Positions 1 through 11,700 are shown, counted from the stretch's first letter. The stretch is 23,138 nucleotides of DNA from Isochrysis galbana (GCA_018136815.1 CM030936.1:1439431-1462568); one strand, 5' to 3'. Notes: generated by a model from the letters alone, not told the origin. Made by a program: numbers and translations.

Positions 1-1043
1 CTCACGAGCTTGATTGAATTCGTTAGGCAAGATAGCGCTAGCGCTAGTTAGTAGTCCATGCTTCTTGCTTCTTAGTGTGGGGGCACTTGGCACCTGGCTG
101 CTTGATGTACGTTTGAGTCGCTGCTGAGGGCGCTTCCTTGCGATTCTCGCGACGGCCATGCGCCGCGGGAAGCGCATGGCGCTTAGAAGATGCTACTTGA
201 GGCTGCCCCTTTTTTCGCCCCCCCCCCCTCCCCCCCTACCTACCCCTAATTTGGTAGAAATATAGAAAGTATGACATTCAACGCCCCTCAAAATCCCGAG
301 CTCGAGAGTGGGACGGACTCGATCTAGCCCGGCCACTGCCACTAGGGGATCAGGAAGGGCTAGGGAATGGCACCACTCAGAATTTGCCATATGAGGCCCA
401 AATAAGCTCCCTTTTGGTCCTCGTAGTGGAGATCAGCAAAAAAAATCGGGCAGGTTTGGGTCAAGCCAGCCATTCACAATAGTAATGTGTGAGTGCAAAA
501 GCATTTATGCGGCAGCGGCGGCGGCCTACACCGATCAATCAGTGAGCGTGCGCCTGATCCATCAGTGGGTTGATTGAAGCGAGTGGGCAGAGGTTCGTCT
601 GACCTGGTGCCCTGCGCCCAGCGTTTCGCGCCCTTATTATCAAGGGTGCCTGAAGCATGGCCGAACTAAAAAGCCGTTCGCCGCTGCTCTCCCGGAATGC
701 ATTTTACCTCATCAGCCTCACACGCGGTACTCAAATTGAAAGCATTGCTCTCGATCATGAGGTACCAGCGTAACCCCTTAAGGACGGGCTCGAAATTTGT
801 GACGGGCCCATGCATCGTGCGCCATTGATACACCCGAGTTTGTGGGGTTGTATTGCTGCAGCTTGGTCGGAATACGGCTGTCCTGTACAAACGAAGGCCA
901 AGCATATAAACGAAGGCCAAGCTCAAAGGTTTAAACAGGTGCCTGAAGAAGGCGGACTTTGAGCATGGACGAATGCGCTCGTCAGCTGTGGAGGCTCCCT
1001 ATTCGGCGCGCATTCATTTTCACCACATGAGTGCCGTGAGTCC

Positions 1044-1814
1044 TCATGGCGCGGGCTGCAACACCTCCTCCACCACCTTCAGGGCTTCCCCCACGTGCTT
1101 GAAGAGGAAGTTTAGCTGATCGAGCCGCTTTTCGGACCACTTGGCCGAGCCTTCTTCCTCCTCTTTCATAGGAGCGGGGTGCTCGTATGCCACCGTGTGC
1201 GTCATGACCTCTGCACCATGCCATCGGGCAGCTGTCACCATCGGCACGATCTGTGCATCCCACAGCTCTCCATTACAACTGAGCCAGTGGACCGCAAGCG
1301 GCACACGGAAGGCTAGCGGCCCGAAGGTCCAGTCAATGGAAGGAAAGCCTACATCTCTCGCAAGTGTATCGAGGTAACCGTTGGCGAAGTGCTCCGAGTG
1401 GTACTGGTCGATCGGGTAGGTCGTTCGGAAGAGTTCATCGTCTCGCCTCGGCACACAGATTGCGGCCGACGCAGTGTCGTGTAGAGCGCGGGCAATCTGC
1501 GGTTGGAAGCGGATCATGTGGACCTTCTCAAGTTCTTGATAGCATATGATCCCGTTCTCGGGAAGCCGCTTCACCGCCTCGCGAATCGCCTCTCGCAGAG
1601 CAGCGCCCTTGCGGCCGAGAGCCGACTGCCGAACCACGCTCACACCACTCTTTTCGAGGGCTTGGCGCACAGGCTCGGGCGAGGCATCGACGAGGAGGAG
1701 CGGCACAGAGGCGGCTGACGCGGCATGGCATGCTTCCAGCCCTAGAGCAAACCTTGGCTCCTCCACACTCGAGTAGAACGTGGGGCTCACCACGAGGAAG
1801 TCGGCGGAGCGCAT
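1044..1814 (-). CDS. Conserved-looking hypothetical protein (256 aa), possibly nucleotide-sugar transferase-like
   Basis: Long uninterrupted ORF of balanced composition, starting MRSADFLVVSPTFYSSVEEPRFALGLEACHAASAASVPLLLVDASP and containing GIICYQELEKVHMIRFQPQI. The function is only a resemblance from memory and was not searched. Confidence 0.55.
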   Translation of the reverse strand: MRSADFLVVSPTFYSSVEEPRFALGLEACHAASAASVPLLLVDASPEPVRQALEKSGVSVVRQSALGRKGAALREAIREAVKRLPENGIICYQELEKVHMIRFQPQIARALHDTASAAICVPRRDDELFRTTYPIDQYHSEHFANGYLDTLARDVGFPSIDWTFGPLAFRVPLAVHWLSCNGELWDAQIVPMVTAARWHGAEVMTHTVAYEHPAPMKEEEEGSAKWSEKRLDQLNFLFKHVGEALKVVEEVLQPAP

Positions 1815-2069
1815 GCGGCCGTGGTTCGTTAGGTTTTTTAGTACACGGCTTATTAGCGAAGGCGGGCAGGCTGCTTGACGTTGATGACTAATGACTAATG
1901 ACAGCCCACTTGGTCGTTGAGGTCGACGGCCTGGCGCAAGCCAAACAAATCACCCTGAGCGTCCTCATCAAAGCAGTTGAAAAGGCAGGCCTCACGTTCC
2001 TCAAGGGGAATCGAGAGCGCATGAAGCTAGAGGGCGGCGCAGGCACATTTGTGTCTAAGGCGGCATACT

Positions 2070-2101
2070 CACATACTCATACTCATACTCATACTCCACC
2101 C
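2070..2101. repeat. (CATACT)n microsatellite
   Basis: Tandem catact/catactc units read directly; they encode a HTHTHTHT tract in the overlapping ORF. Confidence 0.85.
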
Positions 2102-2280
2102 GCTGGCATCTCTACGTCTCGGCCGGACAAGGATCGTTTCTCGAGGGGAACATCCCTCGAAGGCTCCTCCTCAACGTCGACGGCGTTCTACCCGAGAATC
2201 GGGGGAGACAGAACACGAGGAGATAAAAGTCTCCGAGGAGGAGCGACGATACATGATACATGATACATTAAAAAACTCAA

Positions 2281-2312
2281 CAATCAACAACATCAACATC
2301 AACATCAACATA
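2281..2312. repeat. (CAACAT/ATCAAC)n microsatellite
   Basis: caatcaacaacatcaacatcaacatcaacat read directly. Confidence 0.85.
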
Positions 2313-3837
2313 TGACTATCGCCCTGGCACCATCACGGTGACCAGGGCGGCCGAGAGGGAGAAACCTTTTAATATTCTTACCGCACTCGCGGCGAATGGA
2401 ACCACTACCTACTGCACGTAGTACGTAGCATACTTTCTACACCCCCACTCCCCCGGCCCTTCTCCCCCCGCCATCAGGCGGCTCCCCCCGTACACTACTA
2501 GGGGTATAGGGGTGAAGGGCTTAGATATGGTCCGGTGGCCCGCGCCTCCCCCCGGTGATCTTTCCCCCCCTTCCTCCTGTGTCTCCGAGTGGACGGCCGA
2601 CTCTGGACTCTGTCCCGGCTTATCCTGTAAACAGGCGCGAGACTTACCGATTTTCCGGTGGGCGGAGCTCTCGCTCGCGACTCGCGCCCACCCCAACGAG
2701 CCTCAGCCGGAGATCATAAACCACATTTTATGATCTCGGAACGGGCGCAAAGTGCACAATGGCATCGACAATGTCAAGAAGTGGGAAACACCGTCCATTC
2801 GCTAATCTGGGTACTAGAAAGCACCAGCTGCAAGACTTCAATCAACTACAGCAAGCGTAGGCCGACACAACCACCTACAACCGACTTACTACCGCCGCCA
2901 TGCTAGCTATCTACGTTCTACGTTCCCGCTGCGCCGGAGCCGCCGCACACCACAGGTACGATGGCGTTGCAAGCCTGTCATTGCCCGGCCACCAGTTTCT
3001 AGAGTAACCACAGCACCATGCACGCGATTACGCCAAGCGGGGTTCAGGAAGCAGCAGCGGCCCTTCTTCGGTTCTTCTTAGCCCCCCGTGTGGCGTGGCC
3101 CTTCCTCCCTCTTCGCCTGATTCCGCGGAGGTGATGCGAGCGCGCAAGATGGCGCGGCTCCGCGTCACATACGAGTCGAGCCATGCCGCCTTGGCTGAAG
3201 AAGAAGCGGAGGCGGAGATGCGAGCGCAGGTGCGAAGCCGCAGGCGGAAGACAGAGGAGGCGGCGGTGGCCAAACTGTGGGGCGCCAAGCAGCTGTAGTA
3301 GCCTATCCCCTATGTTTATGAGAGTGAGTGTGTGTGCCATTACTTGTTCCTAGACAATCAACAATCGCATTGACAAATGCAACTTTGGCAATGACAATGT
3401 AGCTGTTTATGGTCTCCGGCTGGGGTTTATGATCTCCGGCTGAGGCTCGTTCCCCCTTCTCCGCGCTCTCTCTCCCCTCTCCTGCGGCACGCGCGATGGC
3501 GCGCCTGCGGCAGGCCTCCAGCTGCCCTCTGGCGGCCCCTGGAGGCTCCTGGAGGCCAGCTCAGGGGGCAGAGGAGGCTGGGGCTGGGCCCTGGCCTCCC
3601 CTGCCTCTCCCTCGCTGCAGCTCCTGAGCCTCTGGGGCCCCCACGCTGCACCTGTCTGCCTGTCGAATAGGCAGGGAGGGGGAGTTGGAGCAATGGGCTG
3701 GTCACGAGGGGCCAGGATGGGCGAAGGGGGCGAGCCTGTGGGGAAGGGAGTGGGTCAGTAGGGCAGTGGCCTCCCGGCAAGCCATCAGGCATGCCAGGAG
3801 GATGGGTGGTTCCTCCCCCCCATGGCAGGGGAGGAGT

Positions 3838-3854
3838 GGAGGGGGGGGGGGGGG
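3838..3854 (+). repeat. Poly-G tract
   Basis: A run of about 14 consecutive G after ggagtgga. Confidence 0.85.
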
Positions 3855-4603
3855 CTCGTGCCCTCGTGCCCCCCCATGGGTCAACCAAGTATAAACTTAG
3901 TTCAGGCGGCCAAGAGGGAGAGAAGCGACGCCATCGCTCGCGCTCTCTTCGTCGCAGAACCGGATAAAAATCTCTTTACAAACCCTGAACCCCACCCACT
4001 ACCTCACGCACACTCACACTCACGGTAACACGTAGCACGTATGAAACTAACGTAATCGGTTGCGCAAACCCGTAGTCTTAAAGACTACCGGGTTGTCTTC
4101 GGGGGGGGGGGAAGACAACGGAAAATGTCTGCCTCCCTTGCCGCCTTCTGAGCAACGGTCGAAGCCTCGCCAATCTTCCCCAAGGTTCGCTCCCTCCCCC
4201 CGAGGGTCTCCCCTGTCAACTCCCCGCTTGGGGTGCCCAGGTTTGCCCTGACAACCCACTAAACAGGGCGCACAAGTCATAGGGTCAGGGAGGCTCGGCG
4301 CCCGCCATTGCGCGTCGGCGAGATCCGATCGTCGGGGCAGTCCGTCCGAGGGAGCAATGGCAGTGCCCCTGGTAGCCCTGCCCATGACGGGATTGTACCA
4401 GTGGTACCTACTGACTTTTATGGCCCCTACCTCCTCATCAGACCAATCCCAATCCTGTCGAACACGCGATGACTACAGGCTCGTAGGCAGAGGGACGATC
4501 GATCGAGCCGGCAGCTGACGCGGTCGTGAAAGGGTCGTTGATTGTTGCTTGCGGGAAGATGTCTGACAAATCCATAGTAAGAGTCGGGTCTGAGAGTGTC
4601 TGC

Positions 4604-5144
4604 CATCGGGCGCCACGAGCGATGAGGTAGACTGAAGGTCGGAGGATCGCGACGCGTGGCGTCGGAGAGTAGAGACGAGGCTAGCTAGCGAGCTAGTGGG
4701 AGAGAGGGAGCGTGAGAATGAAAGCTTCTTAGGTCCGAGGTAGACACGGAAGACTACAACGAATGGAGCCTCAAAAAGTCTATGGAGACAGAGCCTCTAC
4801 AGAGCCACACAAACTAAACCAAACGGGGCGAAAACTAACCACACCTGGACGGACGGCCAGGCGTCGGCACCAGGGCAACTTAGCAACGCGCAGACATGCG
4901 ACAGAGGGGCTAATTTGACCTAGTTTTGACAAGGTGAAGTCGTTGTCTTTAAGACTACCGGTAGTCTTCGTTGCGCCCCTTCAACCGTAATCAGAGTGGG
5001 CGCGTGAGGGGGGGGAAAGGGGGAAAGAGAAAAAAGAAGAGAGGGGGCCCGCCCGTCGCCTCTCCTCACGTGAAGAGAGAGACCTCACGAGACTTAGAAA
5101 GTAAATACAAGAGGAGAGGACGGAGGGACATCCGTAACACCCCC
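4604..5144 (-). mobile_element. Ty1/copia LTR and adjacent element sequence (minus orientation)
   Basis: On the minus strand, downstream of the RNase H terminus, a PPT-like AGGAGGGGG is followed directly by TGTTACGGATGTCC..., a typical LTR start. The 4604-4910 part is homologous, inverted, to 22094-22392. The 3' boundary of the LTR was not determined. Confidence 0.6.
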
Positions 5145-5202
5145 TCCTAAACGGAGCAAGGGGCAAGGGCAAGGGGTGCGACGTTTATTTACGCTTACGT
5201 AA

Positions 5203-5546
5203 TCAGGAATTGGCTGACGACGAGAAAGAGTCGAGAACGTCGAGTAGGCGAAGAAACTTGTTGCGCGGACACGGTTTCGTAAGAAGATCCGCAACCATGT
5301 TGTGTCCGTTGATGTGCTTAAGCGTAAGTACTTGTTTGGCGACAAAGTCGCGAATCGCGAAGGAAAGCACTAGCACGAAGAATGTGCTTTGTTTTCTTGA
5401 AAGCGACTGGGTCGAAAGCCATGTCAACGGCGGACTTGGAGTCGGAGTAGACGATCGAGGGGCCATTGTGTACGATGCCAAGGTCGGTGAGCAGCTCCCT
5501 GATGAAGATGAGGTCTTTTGCCGTTAACATGGCAGCGTCGACTTTA
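5203..5546 (-). pseudogene. Ty1/copia RNase H C-terminus, frameshifted
   Basis: Two overlapping minus-strand ORFs: AAMLTAKDLIFIRELLTDLGIVHNGPSIVYSDSKSAVDMAFDPVAFKKTKHI, then FVAKQVLTLKHINGHNMVADLLTKPCPRNKFLRLLDVL. The DSKSA, KH(I) and ADLLTKP motifs are characteristic of the copia RNase H end. A frame change separates the two halves. Confidence 0.85.
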
Positions 5547-5549
5547 GCG

Positions 5550-6293
5550 CAAGCGAGACTAGGAGGGATCCACGTTCTTTACGCGCAAGAATTGCATCAC
5601 TATAACGACGGCTGGCATCTAAGGGTGCGCAATTTGGCCCGGTCCCTGGGTTGGGACTGGTTTCAATCTCCCGCGTCTAGGGGCGACCCCGGTTGCGGAG
5701 TGGCGGTAGCTATAAGAAAGGACAGGAGCGATGTGGTAGTAGAATCTTGGTCGACAGTAATCCCGGGGAGGCTGATAGTAGTTAAAGCTAGAATCGGACA
5801 TGAAACGGTAGCATTCTCATCCATATATCTTAACGCACAACCAAATAAACGAAAAGACGAAATTAAACTACTGCACGCGGCGTCAGAAATACCTCCCCAC
5901 ACTATCTTAGCGGGCGACTTTAATTGCGTAGAGAACGTTAATAGAGATACCAGGGCTAGCGCGGGGGCGGCCCCTTACGCGAATTCGGGAGGCAGAGCCC
6001 TTGCGAGGGCGCTCGCCACGCACGGCCTCACGGACATTCAATTGTTAGTCAATCCGAGCCTTAAAGGCCAATACACGAGATGCGGGCACCAGACCTACAC
6101 TAGGATGGACCGCGTATACGCGGCGGAATACTACTCCACGTGGAGATGGTATAAAGCATACATAGACCTCAAACTATTCACGGGCATGGCGGCATCGGAT
6201 CACCACCCGGTGGTTGCGACGTTCGCAATAGCCCCGCCTAGACGGGCGACGGAGATAGAAGCCAAGATACCGCTGGAGGTGTTGGAAGAGTAA
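5550..6293 (+). mobile_element. Non-LTR (LINE-like) retrotransposon EEP/AP-endonuclease domain fragment
   Basis: ORF 5466-6293 encodes VLYAQELHHYNDGWHLRVRNLARSLGWDWFQ...GVAVAIRKD...SSIYLNAQP...TILAGDFNCVENVNRDT...YTRMDRVYAAE...SDHHPVVATFAI. The QEL, GDFN and SDHHPV motifs are diagnostic of the EEP fold. Confidence 0.85.
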
Positions 6294-7211
6294 CGGCGAA
6301 AGTCGGTTTCTTTCAGCGACTAAAGAAACAACGAGAAAATATGGGGCTACACGCCCCGAGCAACAAACATATTAAGAAAATGATAAGCCCTCTCTACACG
6401 GTGGACAAAGACTTCAACCTAGAAATATCGGAAGACCTCCGGCAGGCGGCGGGAGGCCTGGATATGCGCAACATCGCCTAGAGTAGTTTAACCTCTCTTA
6501 ATAGAGACCCCAACGGACAGCAAGAGGGACGCTAGGAGATATAAGAGAAGGAGATTCAAGCCGAGCCGGAGCAAAGGAGAAGCCATAGTCTCCCGCCCCC
6601 TTCTCTCCAACCCCTGGCCGAAGCAGCGCGCGCGGTCTCCCCGGAACCAGCTTCTCCGCTAAAGAGGGAACTGGGGAAGGGGAAGGGGGTTGTTAGGGGT
6701 TAAGGGTGGGCAGTAGGGAGGTCCACAAGCACACTGCCTCATGTCGCACATGTAGCGGAGATTTTTAAGAAGATTTTTTTTAACAGTTTATGAAAAGCGT
6801 CGCTCGATGAGAAGCCCTAGCCTCTACAATATTTTCCTCGCTCCCGCTCATGATATCCTTTGACTATGAGCGAAACGCCTCCCTTCTTTGAAGGAATCGA
6901 CGCTACGGGGCAACGTCTAGCCTTTGACGGCGCGCCATCACTTGCCCATGTGGTGGCATCGACTGAAAGAGTGCCGGCTCGGCTCTTGCCAAGCGGCCTT
7001 GGCATCCACTCACCATGTCAGCTCGGTTTATGCCAACTCAGCGATATGCACACACTCAACATGGATGTTCGCGCCCACAGATGTTGCGACAAGCTGCGCA
7101 AGACGGCGTGGTTGCTCGAATTGCTCCTCGCCCGACTAGGGAAGCGCGAGCATACGGCCTCTTGGCTCTCGCCAAAATGTCCGGTATTCAGCTCCACGAG
7201 ACCAGCTCTAT

Positions 7212-9481
7212 TCAGTCTGACCCTTCCGTGTCAGCCCTTGGCTCAACAGCGACACCAAGCGACGAGGCGGAGCTCATCGCGAAAGACGTGCCCGATGTCG
7301 ACGTTGTAGAGTTGAAGGCGAAAGAGGATGAGCAGTTAGAGGAGGCGGAGATAGAGGCCGTAGGGTCACTTAAGTTCCCAGCGTTGTGCGGCGAAAGGAG
7401 GAAGCGGCACAGCCGCTCCTTCCTCACCGCGGCGGCTACCTCCTCCATGCGTGCATCGACGGCGCTGCAGTATACTTCGGGGTCGGCACCCATGTCGCCG
7501 CGTTCGAGCATCTGTGTGAAGCTTACGTTCGCACTTGAAAGGATAGGATCCATCGCGATGACGCCCTCGGCGATGCTCTCGCCGAAGCGGGCGAGCATGC
7601 CCTCACCCATTTCAACGATGACCACGCGCCGGCTCGTCTCAAAGCGCGAGGAGGGGGCGCGCTCCCGCTCGGCGCACAGCCGGTAAACGCTCGTGAGCGC
7701 GTCGACGTACCGCACTCTGGAGGTGAGGTGCCGGCCCCAGTAGTGGGGATCCTCGGCCTCCTCATGGCTCATGGGTTGGCCTGTGACGGAAGAGATCCAG
7801 TGGCAAGCCGGCTTGGCAGGGCGCGCGCGCGTGTAGAGATCAGCAGCGCGCGCGTCGAGCGGCGCTACCAACGGCGCCATCCACGGCGAGTGGTCTGCGT
7901 GCGAGGCAGAGACGCGCGTGGGCTTCGAGGGTAAATCGAGCCCCTTGAGCACGCTTGATAAGGTCGCCCAATCACCAGAGAGTACCACCGAGTTGGGCCC
8001 GTTGTGACACGCGACGGATGCCCGCTCGGCGGCATCACTCGCGGCGATGGCAGCCTCGGCGGCTTCGCGAGATGCGCGCACCGCGAGCATCGCGCCCCGC
8101 GACTGGTGCTCAGCCATAAGGCGGCCACGCTCGCACACGAGTGCTGCAGCGGTGCGGCAGTCGAGCGAGCCGGCGAAGACGGCGGCGACAAACTCGCCGA
8201 GCGAGTGGCCGACAACGGCGAAAGGCTCGCAGAACTTGGCATCGGGGGAGTGCGCCGCCCACATGAGTCCAAGCGCGTACTCCACGGCGAAGAGGGCGAT
8301 CAGTGCATACTGCGGCTGCTGGATAGCCTCGGCATACCTAGGATTGCAGGTGTAGGCGAGTGAGCGAGCTGAGTTGGCCGGGCGGCGACGTCCGCCAAGC
8401 CTATGCGAGGCGCGCACATTGGCTCGTCGATCGGATCGGGGTAGAGTATTTGCACAAACGGCTGCGGCAGCAGGTCCATCGTGTACTCGTTGACCTCATT
8501 GATGGCGTCGCGATAGACACGGTGCCTGCAGGCATTGGGGGTCGAGCGCATGTTGGCCGCGGAGCCCACAAGATGGTGCGGCACGCTCGCGCCGCGCGCG
8601 GCGACGCACCGCTCGTAAAGTGGCCGCCCGATGTTGATCCTCTGCCAGCCGAGCGGCGGGAAGGCAAAGACGACTCCAACCGACTCGAGCTGCCCGTACT
8701 TGGAGCGCTTCTCCTCGTCGGTCTCCCCCTTGATGGGGTAGTACTTGCCATCGGTCGGGTTGACAGTCAGGTAGATTGGGTACTGGATCCCCGCGCGCTT
8801 CACCACATTCTCCGCCTCGTGCGGTTGCGTGCCGTGCGGCCGCCACACGCCGTCGCTCCACAAATGTCGCATGCCACCAAAGCCGTCTGGCTCGGTCTGC
8901 AGGATGACCGGCAAGTTATCCTCCTCGCTTCCCTTGTCCCCCACCGCATGTTCATGGTCCATGGCCTTCTCAGGAGATGCCGGAGGCCTCGCGATGAGAT
9001 GGGGGCCTGAGTCTTCGGTAGATGTGAGGGAATCCTCTGCGCCCGTCGCCATCTCAGGGATGCCGGGGTCTCTCGGAGAATGGTGCTCGGGGCTGCGGAG
9101 GTCTCGAGTGGGTGTGACGTGCTCCCACTCCCCCGTACTTCTCTCATGGGAGGCCGTCTCTCCCTGAGGGCAGGACGGGGCTGTAGTGGCGAGGGGAGGG
9201 CAGACTTCTTCTAAGTCTCTGTCGGTCCCATTGCCCTCCACGTCGCCCCCCACCCCGCACACAGCGCCTGAATCTCCACGAGGAGAGAGCGAGGCTCTGG
9301 GAGAGAGGGGCACGCGAGGCTGGATGGGGCCCTTCTTCTCCGCCTGGCCGAGCTTGCCGACGGCCTCGTCATCGCGAGTGGGCTGGAAGAAGGCGGTCGA
9401 CCCTTCGCACTCCTCCACAAGCACTTCCAGAGAGGAGGAGATAGAGGAGAACGGCGGTGGGATGATGCCGTCCGACGCCAT
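7212..9481 (-). CDS. Acyltransferase (AT) domain protein of polyketide synthase/FabD type; predicted join complement(7212..8337,8418..9481)
   Basis: Exon 1 supplies the AT-domain start (VGVVFAFPPLGWQRINIGRPLYERC...FVQILYPDPIDEP). Exon 2 supplies YAEAIQQPQYALIALFAVEYALGLMWA...FAVVGHSLGEFVAAVFAGSLDCRTAAALVCERGRLM...CHNGPNSVVLSGD...ASHADHSPWM. An 80-nt GT..AG intron (8417-8338) joins the two frames cleanly as ...DPIDEPM-YAEAIQQP. N-terminal and C-terminal extents are uncertain. Confidence 0.65.
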
Positions 9482-9483
9482 GC

Positions 9484-9775
9484 GGGAAGGAACGAGAGGG
9501 AGGGGGAGAGAGAGAGGGAGCGAGAGAGCTTGTATGGGCGCGTTCTTCGTTGGCGGACCTTCTTTCTCTATGAATATTTGCTCCGTTCACCATAGTTGCG
9601 AGAAAACGTCGCGGAGACTCTCCTCTGCTCTCTCTCTCCCCTCTCTCTCTCTCTGTCTACCTCCTTCTCGCCACACCCTCTGTCTCTCCTCTCGTGGACC
9701 CAAAACGAAGTGAGAGGGAGAGAAGAAGAGAGAGAAAGGGAGAGAGAGCTTTCCCCCACCAGACTGGCCACTTCC
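9484..9775. repeat. GA/CT-rich low-complexity tracts
   Basis: gagggggagagagagaggg..., ctctctctcccctctctctctctctg and gagagggagagagaagaagagagagaaag read directly. Confidence 0.75.
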
Positions 9776-10189
9776 CTGAATAACTATAAAAGGAAGTAAT
9801 CACCAGCAGCGAGGAATCAAGAGGGTCTTCTTTCCCTTCGCATCCTCAAGAGGAGGGAGAGAATCCGCAGTATACAAGTAGGTGGTGAAAATAATACGCG
9901 CGTTCACTGTTTTAGGGGGGGGGGGTGAGTATTTTGTGGAGCAGTTGCAAGAGCCCTCCGCAGAACTATTTCAAGCCCGTTCTTTCAACCTTCCTAAAAC
10001 GGAAAACCCCGCAAAAGACCTCTATTGTATGTAGTTGACGGGTGTTCATTGTCACGCGCCTTGAATTGGGTGTGTTCGCGGCACAGCCGCGAGGTGTTGA
10101 GCGCCGCGTGTACGCGGCGCGGAAGTTAGTGGTGGGCGGCAAGGACATCCTTCTTCCTTCTTGCCGAGGCGGAATCATATCACGCGCAA

Positions 10190-11700
10190 GGTTCTCCCGG
10201 CTCTGGACACCAAGCTGGACGACGAGATTCGGAAGAGAGTGAAGGGTGTCACGGCAAAGACGAAAGACGGGCGTTGTCATCATCTCGGATTCGGATGGAG
10301 ATGGACTAACACGTCCAACCGCCCCGTCATAAATGCCTAAATGCCTGGCAGCCATGCCCTTAGGCACTTACTTCCTCTCGCTGCTCTCGACACGTCAGGG
10401 AGCACAAAAGACACGAAGTACATAGCCGACTTCATCAAACAAAGGATCGACGAGTTCGGCCCTAGGGAGGTCGTGGCAGTGTGCATGGACGGCGCGTGCA
10501 AGGCCTCCTTTCCCATCATCGAGGAGTACTTCCCCCACGCACGTGTTCACTTACATCTGCCCGACCCACTCGATCGACAACTACATGAAGAACGTCTGTG
10601 GCGACAAGCCCACAATCAAGAGATCAAAGGCGACGCGCGCAACTTCACATGGGGTGAGACCAAGTTCCACGATGCCATAGCCATAGAGGAGGCTGAGGAG
10701 GTTCACGAGGTCGTCAAGTTCATTTCGAACCATCAGAAGGCGCTGGCTAGATACAGGGACTTGGCGGCGGAGGCGAAGGTTGCACCAGAGGACAAGCCGC
10801 CGGGCGAGCTGGAGCTTGTGCGATTCTGCGAAACTCGATTCGCGTCCAGAATCATGATGATCATCCGATGCCTCAATGTGCTGCCGGTACTCGAACGGCT
10901 CATGCTCGACCCCGAGTACACGCGGTGGCTCTCAGCGCAGAAGCCCGAGATAAGGGACAAGGGTGCATCAGTGAGGGCCATAGTGCGGAACGACGACACC
11001 GCAGCAGCGTTAAAGGTGTGCCCTCCAACTGCTCCGCCTCACAGATACCAAGCGCGGTGCAACGCTCGGCAAGATGTACGGCTACATGCTCCAGATAGAT
11101 ATCTTCTTGCGTGACGACATCGAAGGCCTTGATGAGGGGATGAGGAAGAAGATCCACGACCTGTTCGTCATGGCGCGCTGGGAATACTTCCACGTCCCTA
11201 TTATGATGGCCGCGTACAGATTCGAGCCAAAGTGCCGCCGCGACTTCGACCTGAATGAATGCTGAATGAGATCGGCGAGGTGAAGGACGTGTTGCGCAAG
11301 ATGTCGAAGACGCCGACCCACTACTCCAAGCTCTTGATACAGCTGTCCAACTTTGAGGAGGCCCTCAGCAGCTCGGGCGCGCACGACCTGACCGACAACA
11401 TTGCGTTCTCTGCGAATGCCCGCTCTCTCGCGTCGTACAAGTGGGCCCCAAGACCTTCATGGCGCCGTGGCCAGCCTGAGCTAGCGGAAGTTGCGATGCG
11501 CCTGCTAGCCATGACGTGCTCGGCATCGGGGTGTGAGGATTCTTGGTCGGTGGAGGGATGGATTCATTCGAAGAAGCGGAACAGGTTGGGGCAGCAGACA
11601 GTCCAGCGCCTCGTGCGCGCCCACACCAATTTATTGCTTGAGGATGTCGCATTCGCGAATCGACACTCGTTAGGCTTCTCTTCGTCGTTCGGCATTTATC
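10190..11700 (+). pseudogene. hAT-superfamily (DUF659-type) transposase, degenerate
   Basis: Pieces in different frames: SNRPVINA..., DTSGSTKDTKYIADFIKQRIDEFGPREVVAVCMDGACKASFPIIEEYFPH, CETRFASRIMMIIRCLNVLPVLERL, and RLLAMTCSASGCEDSWSVEGWIHSKKRNRLGQQTVQRLVRAHTNLLL (hAT C-terminal dimerisation). Frame changes and stops occur near 11030-11070 and 11259. Confidence 0.8.

Noticed and set aside
3427-3888. 153-aa minus-strand ORF rich in Pro/Gly/Arg
   Set aside because: It reads through a poly-G tract and GC-rich repeats, and has no conserved-domain signature.
5466-5550. N-terminal part of the 275-aa ORF starting at 5466
   Set aside because: It is antisense to the copia RNase H coding sequence. 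Only the portion from about 5550 has endonuclease homology.
8360-9010. 216-aa plus-strand ORF over the acyltransferase gene
   Set aside because: It is the reverse complement of a well-supported minus-strand exon, with skewed composition (HHILRLVRLRAVRPPHAV).
7212-9481. A multi-gene polyketide biosynthetic cluster
   Set aside because: Only a single AT-domain gene is visible. The neighbouring SDR-like protein at 13811-14903 is an NmrA-type Rossmann protein about 4.3 kb away with a hAT pseudogene between them, giving no evidence of pathway linkage.
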